A stretch of 64,000 nt of DNA from Azolla caroliniana (lineage: Eukaryota; Plantae; Polypodiophyta), in contig JBHGNT010000012.1 in assembly GCA_043228905.1 (NCBI GenBank), forward strand, positions 5,518,001 through 5,582,000. Reading direction: 5' to 3'. Shown piece by piece: positions 62,082 to 64,000 of this stretch. Within the stretch, counting starts at the first letter, position 1; each line of letters starts with the position of its first letter. Under the pieces are notes generated by a model that worked only from the letters and a program-made list of their open reading frames with translations, was not told where the DNA came from and did no database searches. Made by a program: the position numbers and the translations under genes.

Positions 62082-64000
62082 TGTTACGGGCATGACCATA
62101 TAATATCCCATGGTGAGAATTTACCGTAGTATTCTATACACGTGGATAAGTGTGAGGGTTAAACGAGAGTGTAAAGAAGGGGAGGATTACTTTTAATCCT
62201 CGGGATTGAGACAACCCATTAGGCCAAGTGTGAACTTGCCTGGGGGCCTTGGGTATCGCTATAAATAAGAGGCCTAACTACCCTCATTTCATCATCTTAT
62301 TGACTACGTCGAGACTCTGTCTTGTGGTGGGTCAACTCTTGTAGCGAGCGCGCCAGCACCAGGTACGACTCGACGCCATGATAGTGGTATGGGACGTTGA
62401 TCGAGGCTCGAGTCCGTCTCGATCCCTTTGCTCGAGGGTGGTCGGGTGAATCGACACCCTTCTTTCTCTCTCTCCTTTCTTTCTATCTACCTAGATCTAT
62501 CCTTATCTAATGCTTACTTTAGTACATGTCTCTAATATTTGGTATCTGAGCCTATGTACTAATGTTTCTTTTGTTGGTCTGATCTTCTCGATGGATGGCG
62601 ATCGATCGTTGTGCGGTTGGCCTTCATGCAGACAAGGATCAACAAGGAACTTTGGTAATCTTTCTTGTTATTTTTTGTCTATTTTTTCTTCTCCCATCTA
62701 ATCATGTGTATGGTTAATATGTAGATTATTTTCATTAATTAAATGATGTTGTAGTGGTATTTAATTGGTTATCTAAAACGCTTACATATGTGCACGAGGT
62801 CAATACCTCGTTTGACAAATAAATAATATGTGATGAGTGTCGTATGCGTACGAGGTTAATACCTCAATTACGTATTACGTTCACGAACATATGTTACGTT
62901 TGCGTATGAGGTCAACACCTCGATTTTGTTGTAAATGATATGCGTTTGGTCTCGTATGCGTAAGAGGTCAATACCTCAATTGCGTATTACGTCGAACCCT
63001 TATTTTTGGATGTCTCGTGTGCGTAGAGGTATATGCCTCGATTACGTCATTTTTGGCTATTAAATATAACGATTTCTTTAATATAGGCATATGTGGTCAC
63101 ATGTATACGTAGTTGATCGTATATATGTGATAATATACATATGTGTATATAAGTTATTACGTGATTTTAAATCAAATCTTTTCCTTTTCAGGGAAAGGTT
63201 CTTGGTGGCCGTCCTCACATTTTTGTGAGAATCGTGTTGTCACCATCCCTTTTTTCAACAATTTTTTATTGTTGAAATCCCCGTTGGCGACTTTGATATT
63301 TCATTACGTAAAGAAACGCCAATAGCCATAATGATGTTGAGTACGTAGGGTTTGACCCACTTCATGTGAGGTCACTCTTATGACACACGTATCCAACATC
63401 CCTCCCTCATTACATGCATAGGATGCCACCATGAGATCATTCTTACGAGAGGCATTCGTAATGACGTGACTATGTGATGGGCCACGTGGGCCTACTACGA
63501 AAAGAGGGCTCATTTGGCTTGACCATTAGGTTGCACTTTGGCGTATGCCATCGTAATTACGAGACTTGAGGTTAGGTAACGTACCAACATAGTTGTAGTA
63601 AATGAGGGCGAAATAAGGACTCTTGATGTATATATGTTTCTTTTAAAAAAACATATATGTGCAAATGTGTCGCATATCTCTTATAAGCATGAAACATTAA
63701 ACATTCAAGAAGAGCAACTTGGTTGGCTCAAATGTTTAATGCATTTGTTCTCGAGGTCTCGAGTTCAAATATGACCAAGACCATACAACATTGTTGATAC
63801 ATATGATTATAACACATGTTTAGACTTGAGGTCTAAGTGCAGTTCAGGGTCCTCGTAATAGGACTTAAAGAGCCGAAACCACATATGCGGGCACCGAAAC
63901 ATAGTTTATTGTTAATATTTTTTTCGTGTATAAACTATTCATGACGCGAACATACATGGTTGAGCCTCGGGGAGCCGCCATGAAAAAATCGATATAGAGT
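62082..64000 (+). mobile_element. LTR element E: 5' LTR 62082-62537, PBS ~62540-62552, long non-coding leader continuing past the window end
   Basis: LTR homologous to solo LTR 43575-44030, followed by TGGTATCTGAGCC (Met-tRNA PBS, one mismatch). No recognisable gag in the next 1.4 kb. Confidence 0.85.
62785..63045. repeat. Array of five palindromic motifs GAGGT-N4-ACCTC at ~56-bp period
   Basis: GAGGT starts at 62796, 62852, 62908, 62964 and 63026, each preceded by a 'tgcgta'-like motif. Units 2 and 4 share 'aatt.cgtattacgt'. Confidence 0.85.

Noticed and set aside
62785-63045. CRISPR array interpretation of the palindromic repeats
   Set aside because: Eukaryotic LTR-element context, no cas genes, degenerate repeats, and linkers that resemble each other instead of being unique spacers.

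Overview
Eukaryotic land-plant nuclear DNA, probably a fern or other non-seed plant (inferred from PPR style, microsatellite load and retroelement lineages; not provable here). The left ~39 kb is AT-rich and holds four host genes: a GH28 polygalacturonase with 5 exons in view (minus strand, 3' end runs off the window start), an intronless PLS-E PPR gene, a 7-exon PRMT3 and an intronless OVATE-family gene. It also holds LINE remnants, a hAT MITE with a clean 8-bp TSD, and microsatellites. The right ~24.5 kb (39559-64000) is one nest of LTR retrotransposons up to six levels deep. Most notable within it: (1) a very young Ty1/copia in a head-to-tail LTR-internal-LTR-internal arrangement sharing one LTR, each copy stopped by one nonsense mutation in CHG context; (2) a non-chromovirus Ty3/gypsy with a large extra coiled-coil ORF downstream of pol; (3) an LTR family with TG...TA termini whose leader holds a 56-bp-period array of GAGGT-N4-ACCTC hairpins; (4) three solo LTRs with 4- or 5-bp TSDs. 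No prokaryotic systems, CRISPR arrays or RNA genes were seen. All calls come from reading the sequence by eye; no database searches were run.
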